Shown: positions 31,958 to 63,130 of the stretch, piece by piece
Layout: the number at the start of each line of letters is the position of its first letter
Position numbering within the stretch: position 1 is the first letter of the stretch
NCBI GenBank assembly: GCA_030141605.1
Contig: JAQGDQ010000526.1
Coordinates: 1 to 64,000, forward strand
Length of the DNA: 64,000 nt
Direction of reading: 5' to 3'
Origin: Tubiluchus corallicola
Lineage: Eukaryota > Animalia > Priapulida
Made by a program: the position numbers and the translations under genes
Notes under the pieces: generated by a model
What the model saw: the letters and a program-made list of their open reading frames with translations, nothing else
Told to the model about the DNA's origin: nothing
Databases searched by the model: none

Positions 31958-34785
31958 CGTACTAGGCTACTAAATATGATATATATTATATTGACAAACT
32001 ATGCAGCTATAAAAAGCAAATATTAATGGATGATGAAAGAAAAATGTGCTGTAGTTCTTCGCTTGCTGTCACCTTGGTAACCTGCAGGTTGCATTCAGTG
32101 TAATTCAGAATGCTTAATTCTTATTCACGAACATTTCCAGCACACGTTAATTTACAGTGATTTTTCAGCAGAATTAATGTGTTAAAGGCGCTTTTTTTAA
32201 GAATCAGTGGCTATAGGGTCTTGGCACAGGGCACCCTACTCCACAGGTCTCTACAGCATCGCCCAGCATTTAGAATCTGCAGCGATTGAAAACAGACTAA
32301 TTCTGCAGAATAAATTTTTAAACGCTGATCTCACAATACTATTAAATGTTTGCACTACATGTATTATTATTTTTCTAGTGTTTCGTTGTTCCATTAATTA
32401 CATTGACCAGTAGCATTAAAATATCAAATTCCCATCAGTACAAGATTGCAAGTTTGGATTTTGATTTTTACTATAATAAGTTGTTAAATTTATTACATAT
32501 GTGCGGGTATGAGTGAAATTAGTTGTGAGCAATGTAATGCAACCTAAAACGATTTTTTTCTATTATAGATATTACATGGATCATTATTGTCATTCTACAA
32601 TAAGTGGGATGCAGATAATTTATGTAGTTATTTTGACCTTTTGGCCCCTTGGATTGTAGAGGGAAATAATTAGTAGCATGTTGCTGCGTGGTCACATTTT
32701 ATGATAGCTGTAACCATCATAATTATTATAGCCAATTTGTGTTAACTTCGGCGTTATTCAATCCAGTGAGATCAAAAGAACCATAACATTTTAAGAGTTA
32801 TTGACATTGCTAATGGCAAAAAATATAATTATAATGACGATCTAGGTTAGTGACTTGATTAACTTTTATGAAATATGCATTAATTCATACATCACTTTAT
32901 GTCTTTGGTTTATGGAGGTCTCCCAGCTAGTATAAGCTTTCTAAATTAGTGTTAACAAACAATTTAGCCATTGTCAATATAAATTAGATTCTTAAAGTGT
33001 TGTGCTCCTGCGTTGCCATCGTCTTGTCATTTCTCAGGTTACAATGGATAAGTAGTACTTTACTGATTTGTCACGGTCGTTCATAGCACCAGCAATTACA
33101 ATAAATAGTGACTTCTCGAAGAGTTCTCGTTATTCGTTCGCTTCGATTATCTGATGGAAGAATAGTGAAATATTATTGGATTTTTTTCCGTCATTTTAAC
33201 TGTAAAAAGTGAAATACATTTTATGGCGCACATTTCTTTTCGTGCAAGATTATTTTTTGCACTTGTCTTTCACATTTACCATGTGTGATTTAGCCTACTT
33301 TACAGAACGTGTTTTATTTGTAAGTCTAACCTTTTTTTGTATCAGGCCGTTTATATTTAATAGGTCAAAATTTAATGGTTGACTATATTTGCGTATTTTT
33401 TGTGTTGAGTGACACTACGTGGGACGTTCGTGCCTGTTCGCTATTCATGTGTACTGCCTCACGTTACTTTGCGCCAAAGTACAGGGCGAGGCGGTACACG
33501 GCAGCGTACTAGTATCGGTATATAAATTATATTGAGGATATCGAGCCAGCGTAACCGTCCACACATTTATCATTGAAGAATTCTTGGATAATATTTCCAA
33601 GTCAAACATTGGTGTTAAAACCCGTTAAATTTTAATTATTTCCAAGTCGAACCTGGATGCCGAAACTACTTTCCAAGATTATTTCCAAGTTAGATTTGCT
33701 TTTAACAGTATGGTTTGTATACATAGGGCTTACCTAAATTTTATTAAAATATACTAATTTCGAAAAACTTTTACAATACCTAGGGATGCACAAAATATTC
33801 GGATCACCGAATTTTCCCCCTGAATACCAGTATAAAAATCTGGTACGGTAAACCCCAGTTTTAATCTCACTAAAAGATTTGGCATAATTTTGGTATGCTT
33901 TTCTAACAGTTGTTACATTTGGTGAAAATCCTATTAAATAAGCAAATATGATACTTACAAAAATTTATTTGCGAAAAGCTGATACTAACTGATAACGGTT
34001 GTTCGACCCATTTTGGAATACGTGTCGGTTGTATTGCCACCCCAGTATGCTACTCTTAAAAATGCTCTTGAAAGAACTCGGGACAGATGCCCTCGTCTTG
34101 CTATTGACTTTGATCCTTCATTGATTTCTACTCTTGAGCAGAATTCAGCTCTTGAGCTGGATAAGGCATTAGACTGTAAACCTTGTGAATTGCTTCATAA
34201 TAAATTAGCGGAAACACTGTTCTGACATAGACAGACTTTTTCCCAGGCCTCACAGAGTTCTCCGTGGTCATGAATTTTAATTATTTGTGCAACCAGCTAG
34301 AACCAACATCAGATCTCACTTCTTTGGTCATTGTGTTGTTCAGCCATGGAATCGTCTTTCATCATCAACCATCAGTGTTTCATCAATTGACAGTTTAAAC
34401 AGGTGTTTGAGACAGGACTGTTTACAGATAGTTACCATCTAGGTCCTTATTTCTTTAGTTAAGGTAGTAACACAAACACGGAACAACAGCTGACATATTT
34501 ACTTTTTGTTTATGTATGATAACTGGAAAGATGCAATGCACCATCAGTACCCAACTCATGTGAATGCACAATAGCGTGGCTATCTGGGTATTTAACATAC
34601 ATGGCCAAATAAATCAATAAAATTCTTCAATACTACTTTTATTGATTGTACAAAATAGTTTAGACTGCTGAAATAATTAGGGCTGCTTTTAAAATACTTA
34701 ATACTTTACTACAATAACTATTAAATAAAAACACGGATTTAGTAATCAGAATAATTTTACACAGGACTTCTAAGTCACTACTAAC

Positions 34786-35645
34786 TTAAAGGAAAGGCCA
34801 AGGATTTTAGGAGGTTAGGCTCATTTCAATGTTTTTGAAAAATGTTAGAAGGATTTATTAATAAAACTGCAATAAGCGCCTCGTGTAACTAGTAAAATCA
34901 CTTTAAAGTTGCAATCACTTCATGCTTTGAGGCTTCTGTTTTCAATGCCCATTCTTCTTACAATGACATCATTCATCTTGAAAAAAGTAGCACTGTTGTG
35001 GAGATCTGGAATATTCTATAGTATAGTAGAACCAATCTTCTTACTTTATAGAAGCAGTCGAAGTTTCGAGAACTTTCTATACATGATGCGCATAGTAGTT
35101 TCTAGATTGTTCATTGCACTGATATATAAGGCGGAGCTGGCCGCTCAAGTTTATTCTCGTATTCTCAGATTAATCTCATATTCTCGTTTTTACGTCTCCA
35201 GATTATCACTTGACTGTACATATTTTGCATTCCTTCATACTTTTGTGTTATAAAATTCTCGCATAATAAACTAGTTTTATTTGACGACATGTTTTCTGGT
35301 TTTATCTACGAGCCGTCCGAGAGAAACAAAACACAACAAGCACACTGTCAATCTTCATCAAAAGTATAACTAGTTTTTACAAAAAAATTAGATAGCTACA
35401 TTTTATTAAAATTTTGACATTAGTGAAGCTGCGGAGGTTTGAATTAGTTTAAGTAACGCTAACTTATGGAAAGCAACGACCTGCTCACGAAAAGTCATGA
35501 AGTGTCCCAGTTACATCATGATTTTCAAGTGTATGGCTGCTATCATCACGCCTGAAAGTTTCAATTGAGAGATAGTATGTTTTAAATTTATGCCTTATCG
35601 GGTAAAATGAACTAAATGTACTGAGTGACTTGTTCTTTCCTTTAA
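34786..35645. mobile_element. Kolobok-like MITE
   Basis: TTAA-AGGAAAG..CTTTCCT-TTAA. Confidence 0.4.
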
Positions 35646-36569
35646 AACGATTTAAACACTACAATGTTTAAATCATTTTAAAGGAAATAACAAGTAAGTT
35701 TATAATTTCTTTCAGTAAGAATGTTTGCGTTTCCATTAATACATTGCAAAACACAAGAAAATTTGGTTCGACTCCGGTCAGGTACGCCACTTTAACTTGA
35801 CATTTTATTTGGAATTTGGTTCAGTAAATACAACGTCCGATTATATGATTGAATTTGTTTAGGTGGTGCCCAAGTATAAAAAATCGGCTTCAGTTCAGTT
35901 GATGAAAATGTGTTTCCGGTGCACCCCTATAACACTTCCATGGACGGTCACATATTTGTCCAGAAGTGTGTTGGTCGGACTGACCATCGCTCCTACATTG
36001 CACATTCGCAGCTAAAACTGCTGGCAAGCTTTTCCAGCAAATGCGAAGATTTTACACATCGGCAGCAGTGCCCATATCGGGTATCACTGCATCAGGTATC
36101 ATGGCAAGTTTACATCTCAGTCTAGCCTTTGCAGGTATGAGATGATCAATGAATTTGCCAGTTTTGCTTGTTGCCCATTGGAGGACCTGCAGTTCCACCC
36201 TCATGCTTTTACACATTTATTTTGTTGTGCCAAACATTAATTAGTTTTAGTAAAAGAACATAATTTGACAATAAGCCTTTGGCGTTGTCAAGTGCATACA
36301 AATGTGTTGTCTGGTATGCTTAACCTTTGACCTTTTCACGATCGTCAATTGCTGGAACTATGGAAAAAACTTAACAATCCAAATGACATCTTCATATTTG
36401 CAAATGTAGATCAATATTATCCATAAATTTAATGATTTTAAAAACCGTGCAGTAAACGTCATTCACTCAACTTGTTGCAGGTAACGATGAATTTCTGGAC
36501 TCTCAGCTCAGCCATTAATCAAAATTTTCGAGAAATGAAGTGCAGTGTAGCTTCAGCTATATTGGAATC

Positions 36570-54308
<17,739 letters not shown>

Positions 54309-56939
54309 AAATGGACAGGAAAAGAAAGGGAGTAATAAATCATTTATTGTATGTAGTGCAATTTATGCATTTTTGCTTATGAAAATTTATTGCTATCTTT
54401 TGGTTTAATAGGGTGTGGTACTCTTATTACTGTAAAACAAGTTTTTTCGTGGCTATTTAATTCTGCGATATTAAAATTGAAATTTGTATTACAATTTCGT
54501 AACTGAAGTATATAAAAAATATTAAGTTTCCTAACCATTATTGCATGCTGAGGTACATCAGTAATTCGTCAGTAATACATCATAAAACATAATACATTAG
54601 TAACTAATCTGTTTTGAATTTTGTATAGCATGTCATTTCTATGTCTATATAAAATTCAAAACAAATTAGTTTATTGTATATGCTTTTAATATAAAAGTCC
54701 ATTCCATACTTCACATATGTAATGCAGGTGTTTATATAGCCACATTTAAACAGCACTGTACCAACATCATGACCACAACACAATTCACATTCTTAACACG
54801 TCACTGCATTAGGCCACATGCAATTTTTAATCCTGCAGCCTTTTGTGGAAGATACTGAGAACAGATAAAGTCTTTAAAGGAAGACAAGATGATTTTCCAT
54901 GTACTACCCCATTTTCAAGTACGATAAAAAGTACACATTTTAACATAATTAATACTGCAAAAGCGTTTCTGATAAATAATTGATTAGAAACTTAATTAAC
55001 GGTGGGCGAGCCCACCTCTAGATGACATCACAAACGAACATAATTTTCAACCTGCAAAAATATTCCACGAGCGTGTTGAACATGTTTGTGAAAGCAAAAA
55101 TTGAAGTACGGTGCTACTATAAGATATTCATTGTGCTATACAAAAAGTAGGAAGTTTTAAGATAAAAATTCAAATTTCAAATTTGCCTCTGTGCTCACAC
55201 ATGAGCTGTCGAACGTGTGTAGTTCTTCACAAATTAACACATCTGAACTGAGAGGTACAGCACCTGTTTTTTGTGCAACGCTTTCCGAAATGCAGGCGCT
55301 ACAGGTAGTCTAACTAGCGAATGGCAAAATGCATGTAACAGCGAAGAACGCAAAATTGTATTCGTGTGGTAGTAATTCTTTCACGTAACTGATTTTTAAA
55401 AAAATAGTGCATTTCCTTTCAATATTTTAAAGAATAGGTTGTTTTGACATACAGTTTAACATTGGGTCCAGTTTTGCTTTAAATAGTACTTACGCAGAAC
55501 AAAAAAATAACATGGAACAAAAGTTTTCTGTGTGTATGAAACTTTTGTTACTCCACAGATTGACATGCCACCTTGCCACAAGCTATAACATTACTGGAAT
55601 TTAGTGTGCAGATGTGGTGCTACCTGCTGGTGTGCATTATAATAATCTGGGTCTTTTGTGATAAATATGTGGGAAACAGATTCAATTTCCTTCGAGATTA
55701 AGCGAAGTGGAAATCCTACAGAAAATCTCCAATGCATGCATGCATATATAAACGCATCTTTGTACACGTGCATGAAACAAACAACTCGATAACAATATAC
55801 AAGTGCATGATAACACTACAGTGCACATGTGCGTGAAAACTGTTCGAATGCGTGTTTACTGACCGAAGTTAAAGAACACCGTAAATGCGGTTTCGAACGT
55901 GGCTGAAATAACTTTGCCGTTTTAATGTCTTGTGTTACAGGATCATTCTTTTGATTAGTTAGGTCTGGTCCCGGTACAGAAGAAAGTGACTGACCAAGGT
56001 AGTGACTTGTAGTTTGCACACTTTACTATAAGTTTCACTTAGGCCCCGTCTTATAACTGCAGAAAATCTATTAAGGAAACTCCTATCATACCAATTCCTC
56101 AATTCAACATGTTTACCCTTGCTCAGAAAATTTGCAAAATAAAATGTGTTTGAAAAAAGTTGTTTTACAGTACGTTCTGTAGAAATGAGATTTCTGCTTT
56201 TGATCTCGCTTTACTGTGATACAAAGGTAATAGGAAGCAATATGTTCCGTTCTTTCTTTGGTAGCTAGCTTGTTATTTTTTTGTGCAAATTGTGTTTTTT
56301 GGGGGAACTTTTATTCTAAAATAAGCAAGTACTTGTTCTACAAGGTTTACAAATGGTAAACACAAATATTCATCCATTTTATGTCAGCTGATACTTCTGT
56401 TTAGCAACCAGCTTTCTTTATTTTTAATGGTATAGAATTAGTTTCTAAATACTTGTCAGTTATTAACTTAACAGATCACATTAATATAATTCAGATTTAC
56501 AAAGTTCTACCCTTCTTGACATTATATTTTATCTAGGGTTTTATCATCCTATGTTCGGAACAATAGCAGTTAAACTAAAAAATGAGTGCTACTGTTTTTT
56601 TGTCAATGCCAATTACAATAGCGAGCAATTTTATATACATGCAATGTTTTGAAATGTGTATGGTAATAAGTGTAAGAATTTATGTAATGACGTAAAGGCA
56701 CAGCAGAGATTAAACTGGGACTTGGGTCAAATTTTAGCAAGTTTTTGCTTGGGTGTCTGTTCAAAAAACCTGACCAAATAACCTGGTTCTCGCTGCACAC
56801 AAACTTCAGTGTGAATCTCATCCATAATTAATGTCTGATAATGGCATTTACATGTCTTCTACTAATTAAATTTAAAATGCAATTTGTATGTAGCGCATAA
56901 TTCACACAGGATTTGTTGAACTGTTCAATGTTAGTAACT

Positions 56940-57110
56940 GAGTGACCCCAGGGTGTCCTCGGCTAAAAAGTTAAGCAGCATTGCATTGGCTAGCACATGG
57001 GTGAGCGACTGTTTCTGGGTATTTTTCTTTGCCATACGACGGCTGGTTACTTCTGCCATCAGGGAAACATGCATATACACCCAAATGTGACCAAGTCAAC
57101 TCTGCTGATA
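56940..57110 (+). mobile_element. Decayed SINE with a 5S rRNA-like segment
   Basis: AAGTTAAGCAG..TGGCTAGCACATGGGTGAGCGAC resembles the 5S internal control region; too degenerate for a 5S gene. Confidence 0.3.
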
Positions 57111-58564
57111 TTCTTGGAACTTTCTTGGCAATGATCTAAGTTCCTGTCACTCTACAACCTACTACATTACTCTTTAAAATACAATTAAAAGAAACCAAGC
57201 AAATGATACCACTCTAGAGCAAAGCTAGTAGTAAACATTAAATAAACCCCGAAAACATGTTTTAACCTGTTCATGGCAGAGATTAAACAACTATATTATA
57301 AACTGGCTACAATGGGTACCAGGCCAGGTTATCAAGTGGGCCACCGAGTTCATATTAAGCTGATTTGGTTCCATCTCGGGGGGGGGGGGTGGTGCAAGTC
57401 TTACGATGTGAATTTCTTGTTAGCCGATACAGAGCCAACAGATATCTGATATAATTCGTGAGAAGATGATTTGAAGTAGATCTGTTTTGAACCTGACTAT
57501 CGCATTGCTGTCTGAGCATGTCGCATTAGTGCCAGCTGTCATAATTAGACAAAAAAGAGTAAAAGTGACAAAAATGATAAAATTATTTTATAATTTGAAA
57601 TCTAGATACTGTGCATATTTGTTTTTCATGAACAAACTGAAATAATCATTATAATTATTGTTACTCCTTTTATTATAATAGAGTATGTAAATGTCCATTT
57701 ATTGATACCTATTAAGTAGAAGATTATTTGTTATCATAATATCAAGATTAATATTAATGCTGGTACAAACCCGCAATTAATAAGATTTTGAAACCAAATT
57801 TGAAAAACGGGAAATTTTTTATCAAAAGCTGATGAAATGTAAAAAATAAAAAATAAATACTTGTGTTATGTTCTTTCACCGACCAACTACTCAGGTGCGT
57901 AAAATGTCAATGAAAGTTTGAAGTTTTGCAGTGAAATTATATTTCCAGGATTGAGCACATCAGTAATGTGAAGAATTTTTTTAGAGTTTGATTATTACAC
58001 AATTTTACACGATACAACATAGCTAACAACATATTAATTCAAAGCACATGATATTATCTAGCAACTCTGTACAGTAACATTAACTCTTGATATAAGTAGT
58101 TTCATCATTTTGATAACTAGTTACGCTTTTTAGATATTTCAGTATTACATCTAGGTATTTAGAATACCTAGAAAGTATTGTATCTAGGTATTACTTGGTA
58201 ATTAGAAATGTTGTAGACTGTCTTAGTGAGAATGTTATTCGAATTGTGAAATTCTTTGTCTTTTGTAACTAATTGTACTAATGTTTTGTATATGTAGTTG
58301 CATAGTCAGTATTACTAACATTATTTTAATGCAAGTTTTTTCATCATTTTAGATTAATGCTTATAAATTTTAGGTGACAGATTTAATAGGTATTCTCTTT
58401 ATTTTGGTTTGTGGATTTAACATCCCACAGTTACGAATCTTACTAAAACTGTCAATTCTCTCTAAAATTAAACACATCGCTATGGTGCAACTGTCTTAGT
58501 GAAATTATTAATTAATTAGCAGAAGCTAATTTACCTTTAATTTGTTGCAGTGTCATTTTCTAAG

Positions 58565-58565
58565 C

Positions 58566-58625
<60 letters not shown>

Positions 58626-58627
58626 CC

Positions 58628-58679
<52 letters not shown>

Positions 58680-58680
58680 A

Positions 58681-58713
<33 letters not shown>

Positions 58714-58721
58714 GTCTCTCT

Positions 58722-58757
<36 letters not shown>

Positions 58758-58769
58758 CCCCTCTCTCTC
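58565..58769. repeat. (CT)n microsatellite
   Basis: Seen directly. Confidence 0.95.
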
Positions 58770-61255
58770 ACACAAATTTTTAAAATTTCGAATGTTATTC
58801 ATAATTTATGATCTTCTCCATTCCACGTTGCTATATACTTGCAACTGATTTTTTTAGACATTCCTATCTCATACTACTGATGACAAAATTTGAAGGTTTG
58901 CCGTGTCTATTAGTAGGTGGCGCCACCATAGTATTTGCCAATCAAATAAAATAGCCTATCAAACTGTTAAGAAGTTTGTCCTGTGTCCTATAACACATAA
59001 ATAAAAATATTATATAAAAAAGTATGATGATTATATGTTAATTGATCTTGTTCTTTACAGTTCCAGTAACAGTACCATTTTTTGCACTAACTTAAAGATT
59101 TTCTACACCTTATATCTAACAATAATGTACGTTTTTGTTTTTAAATGCAATGCCAGTATGGTTTTATGTATTCCTGTAAATCAAACGTTATCTGTGCTTG
59201 TAAGCTTCAGTTTTTTTTTATTTCGGCTAAACGTATTGTGTATATTGTGCAATTTTTTGTAACATATCATTAATCATAGGAAGGATTTTATGTTAAGTGT
59301 TATTTATATTAGTACTATAATAATTGTACCATTATGTTTTTTAATAAATTTTGGAAGGGCAGTATTTTGCTTTCAGTGTTTATGAACTTATTTTGTTGTT
59401 GTTGTGCTGGTGGTAGTGGTGGCGGTCGTTGTGATTGCTGTTTTATGTACTCAAATGGTAGAACTCATATTAGTAAACGGATACAATGTGCGCAGAATAC
59501 ATATTAGTAAACGGATACAATGTGCACTTTTGTGTTGAAGAAAACCGTTTTGCATTATACGAAAAATAATTCTGATGTTTATTGCTTGGTAATCAACCCG
59601 TAGGCAGACCTTGTTCTGTTCCTGACAGATTCTGTTTCAAATGAACTTAGAAAAACTCAACGAATGAACCCATAATCATTAACTGTTGAACCTACAAAAG
59701 GCAACAGTTAGGCAATTTCGTCTCGGCATTCGTTTTATAATAACGCATTTTAAAATTAGGAATGTAGATAATCAATTTTACACAAAATTGTTTCCAAAGT
59801 TTTACGTCCTAACAAAACGAATCCATAATAATAGTGCTATAGAATTAAATGCTGATGATAAGGTTTTACTAAAATTTATTGCAATTATTATATAAATTAC
59901 ATACTGGTGAGTATTGAACGCCCGAAGTGCAACCATCTTAACGTAAAATGGGATTACATTGGCTCAACGAAGTAACTTTAGCCCGATTCTAAGAAAGTAG
60001 CAAATGCACATATTGCAAAAAACAACAGTACTGCATTCGTCCTAATATTCAATATGTAATTATTATCTAATATTCTTGTGATGCAGACTTTTGGAAAGGC
60101 TGTTAGATCATGAAGGTTTTAGGCGTTCTCAAACTTTGTGTATGTGAGCCATAATAAAATCTGTGTAATTGCACTACTTTAATAAACTAATCAAGTACTA
60201 TTCATAATCATTAACAACAGACCAGTGACGTGGTCTAATTTAACAATCTAAAATTTATCTTTGACAACTATATGATTTTCCATTCATCTGCACTTTTATA
60301 TTTCATTATTCTATTATTTATTTGTCCCAGGCCAAAGTGCCAAATTTGCTTTATGCCTGACATATTATTTCTAAAATCTTAGCGTTACAAAGAATCTGTC
60401 ATTTTTTGGTCAATTGCTTTTAAACATGAAACCCTTGTCACATATATTTATACTATCTCACATTATCTCTCGTATGATATATTTATACTCCACGTAAGAA
60501 AACTTTATCTGTATTTGTCTAAACTTTCATCTTGCAAAACTAACTCAACCTGCACAACACAGGCAAGCACTGTGAGTTTTAAAATGACAGTGCGTTTGAA
60601 GTTCAATGCATGTCCCAGGGCTTTTGTGACAGAAAGTGTCGTATCCGATTCAACAGTACTCATTACATGTAAACTTGATTTTGACTTTAAAGGTCTTAAC
60701 ATAGCCTTGGCAACAGTGTCAGCATTATGTCTTTTTATGCTTATTTGCTATTGGCAAACCTGGGTTATCACATATGGCTCGTAATATAAATGATAATTTA
60801 TCCTAAGCTGGTTGCCATAACAAACAACGGTTATTGTTTATCTTAGCAACCACACTGTTAATGAGATCGTATTGTATTTTTGTGAGCACTTACTATTGCC
60901 AAGTCTTAGCTATCATAAGTGACTAACGAATTAAGCAGTATGCATTGGCATGCATTAGTTGCCATGGCAACTGTTTACTTTAGCCACCACACTGATGATA
61001 AAGCTGAGCTTGTATAAAAATAAGCTGAAGGAGTCATTTACTGGAGAAAAAAACGTATAGCCCAGGGTGTTTGTACGATAATCTCCAAATGCAAGATCAC
61101 CCAAACAAAACGCAGCCAAAAGTTGGGTCAGTTTGCATTGAGGAGTAGGTTAAAGCTGCTGCCATTATAATACTGATAGATTACTAGGGCCTTCATTTTG
61201 CATTTCTTAGAAATTTTGGCAAAATTATTTAATCAAGAGTTAGAGAAAAAACATT

Positions 61256-61669
61256 AGTTTGGTTGCTTGCTCGAGCACACTGTGATTCAAGCCAAACAAT
61301 GGGGCAGCATTAAAAGATTCAACATTCAAGTACGTAATGAAGTTACAGTCACTCCTGATTGGAGGTGGTTAATACATTTTCTCTAAACATATACATGCAC
61401 CTTAACAGTCTCACATTTGTTTCAGTGACAGAGAATTAGAATTGCACAAAGACATCTTGCACCAGAATAAAGGGGTAGCTGAAGTACACAGTAAGCCTAC
61501 TCGGGTTGAGAACTGTAGAAAACTCAGTTGCAGGGGCCTTTGTTGTAGGGAGACAACCATCTTCATCACTGCTAACTTTAACTTCATCGCGCACTTGAAC
61601 ATTGAATCCTGATCAACTGTCCACTATTTAGTTTGAGTCATAGTGTGCTCAAGCAAGCAGCCAAAGTTA
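61256..61669. mobile_element. MITE with ~90-bp diverged TIRs
   Basis: TTTGGTTGCTTGCTCGAGCACACTGTGATTCAA.. / ..TTGAGTCATAGTGTGCTCAAGCAAGCAGCCAAA. Confidence 0.65.
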
Positions 61670-61689
61670 CAAGTTGTACCCGCGCAACA

Positions 61690-62100
61690 GTTAATCCTCT
61701 GCGTTTAACAAAACCCAGGTATAAACAATAAACATTAGGCCGTCGTGCATTGCTGTTATTGCTCCACGATTGTGGAATCATTTACCTTTGCCTGTGCATC
61801 AATTGCCATCAACACAGAATATTAAAAGTACATAAAAGCATACCTTTCTGGGCGCTGTAGTGTCGTAGCATTGCATGCACATTAGGGTAGGCTTAATCGA
61901 TTTTTGTTAACAATTACGGTGGTTTTTAATGTCTTATACAACCAGGATAATCTTACAATGACTTTAGAATGATTAATGCTATAATAATTTTAAACGTTTG
62001 TATAGTAACTGATAACAGAGCCTTAATTGTAAATACATATTTATATTATGTGATAAGTTATTATTATTATTATTATTATTACTATTATTATTATTATTAC
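61690..62100 (+). mobile_element. L2/CR1-type LINE 3' end
   Basis: Frameshifted PRYK..TLGRRA..VIAPRLWNHLP..KAYL, then a (TTA)n tail at 62058-62099. Confidence 0.55.
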
Positions 62101-62789
62101 TCATTTTTGCGTAATAGAGGCCTAGATCAACTACCAGCAATACAGATGGGCCATAACCTTGACTCGTCAATCCAAATTTTCCTATTTTTTGCTTCATATC
62201 ATTTAATTGATGCTACACTATGGACTGTGTGGTCCAAACACTCATGTATGATGATCATACAGAGAGGTGTCATTTACTTTATCTGATGTTTCTCTTCCAC
62301 TCAGTGACTCCTCGATCCAATCTACAAGTTCAGCTTCATGAATAGCTAAGGCCAAAACAGTTATCATGGTAACCAATTTATTGTTTAAATTGTTACTCGT
62401 TTATGGTAACCAAGGCTGTCAATAATAAGTGCTCACAAAAATAGGATATAGTCTTATCATAAGGCAAACAGTTGCTATGGCAACCAATTCATAACAAATC
62501 ACTGTTTAGATTACTGGTCATATATGGTAATCAAGGCTTGGCAATGGCAGGTGCTCACAAATATATGATACAATCTCATCAACAACATGGTAACTAAGAT
62601 AAACAATAAGCATGTCAACCAATTCATCATAAATTGCCCATTAAATTTTCACTCATTTACGTTAAGCAAGGCTTGGGGCTAACTTGCTTCAAAATCTAAT
62701 TCCACCTGTTGTAGGCATTGAGGTATCAACATTTATTAGAGTATTCCACCCACTTCTATCTGCAGCTAACAGTGTAAGTTCTCCTGCTC

Positions 62790-63130
62790 CTAAAGATAGA
62801 TTTGGTTGAAATTGTTGAACATCTTAATCTTAACCATCCAAGTTGTTTTTGGTTTGCCAGGTGGTTCTTTTGCAAGGTTTTAAGGTTCCTTTAAAGCGAT
62901 TCTTTCTGGCTCTTCATTTAGTAATCTTAGAAGATGTGCTAGCCCTCTTAATCTTCGGATCTTGACTTTTGAACTCCAATAAATTTCTTTCGTACTGGTG
63001 TATAAGTCTATGTTTTTGATTATGTGTGGCCATCTTATCTTTAAAACTTTCCTAAGACTCCTCTGAAATATGTTAATCTGCTTTTCTTGAGTAATCGTTA
63101 AACCCAAAGTTTCGCTTTTGTACACAAATA
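62790..63130 (-). mobile_element. RTE-clade LINE fragment
   Basis: YKSETLGLT..FQRSLRKVLKIRWPHIIKN.DLY..KIRRLRGLAHLLRL..IAL, then PPGKPKTTW. Confidence 0.65.

Noticed and set aside
34013-34600. Coding-looking stretch (also 35900-36200 and 45650-46430)
   Set aside because: Multiple stops, no consistent splice frame and no family I can name; probably decayed TE.
56968-57020. 5S rRNA gene
   Set aside because: Partial and heavily diverged; treated as SINE-derived.
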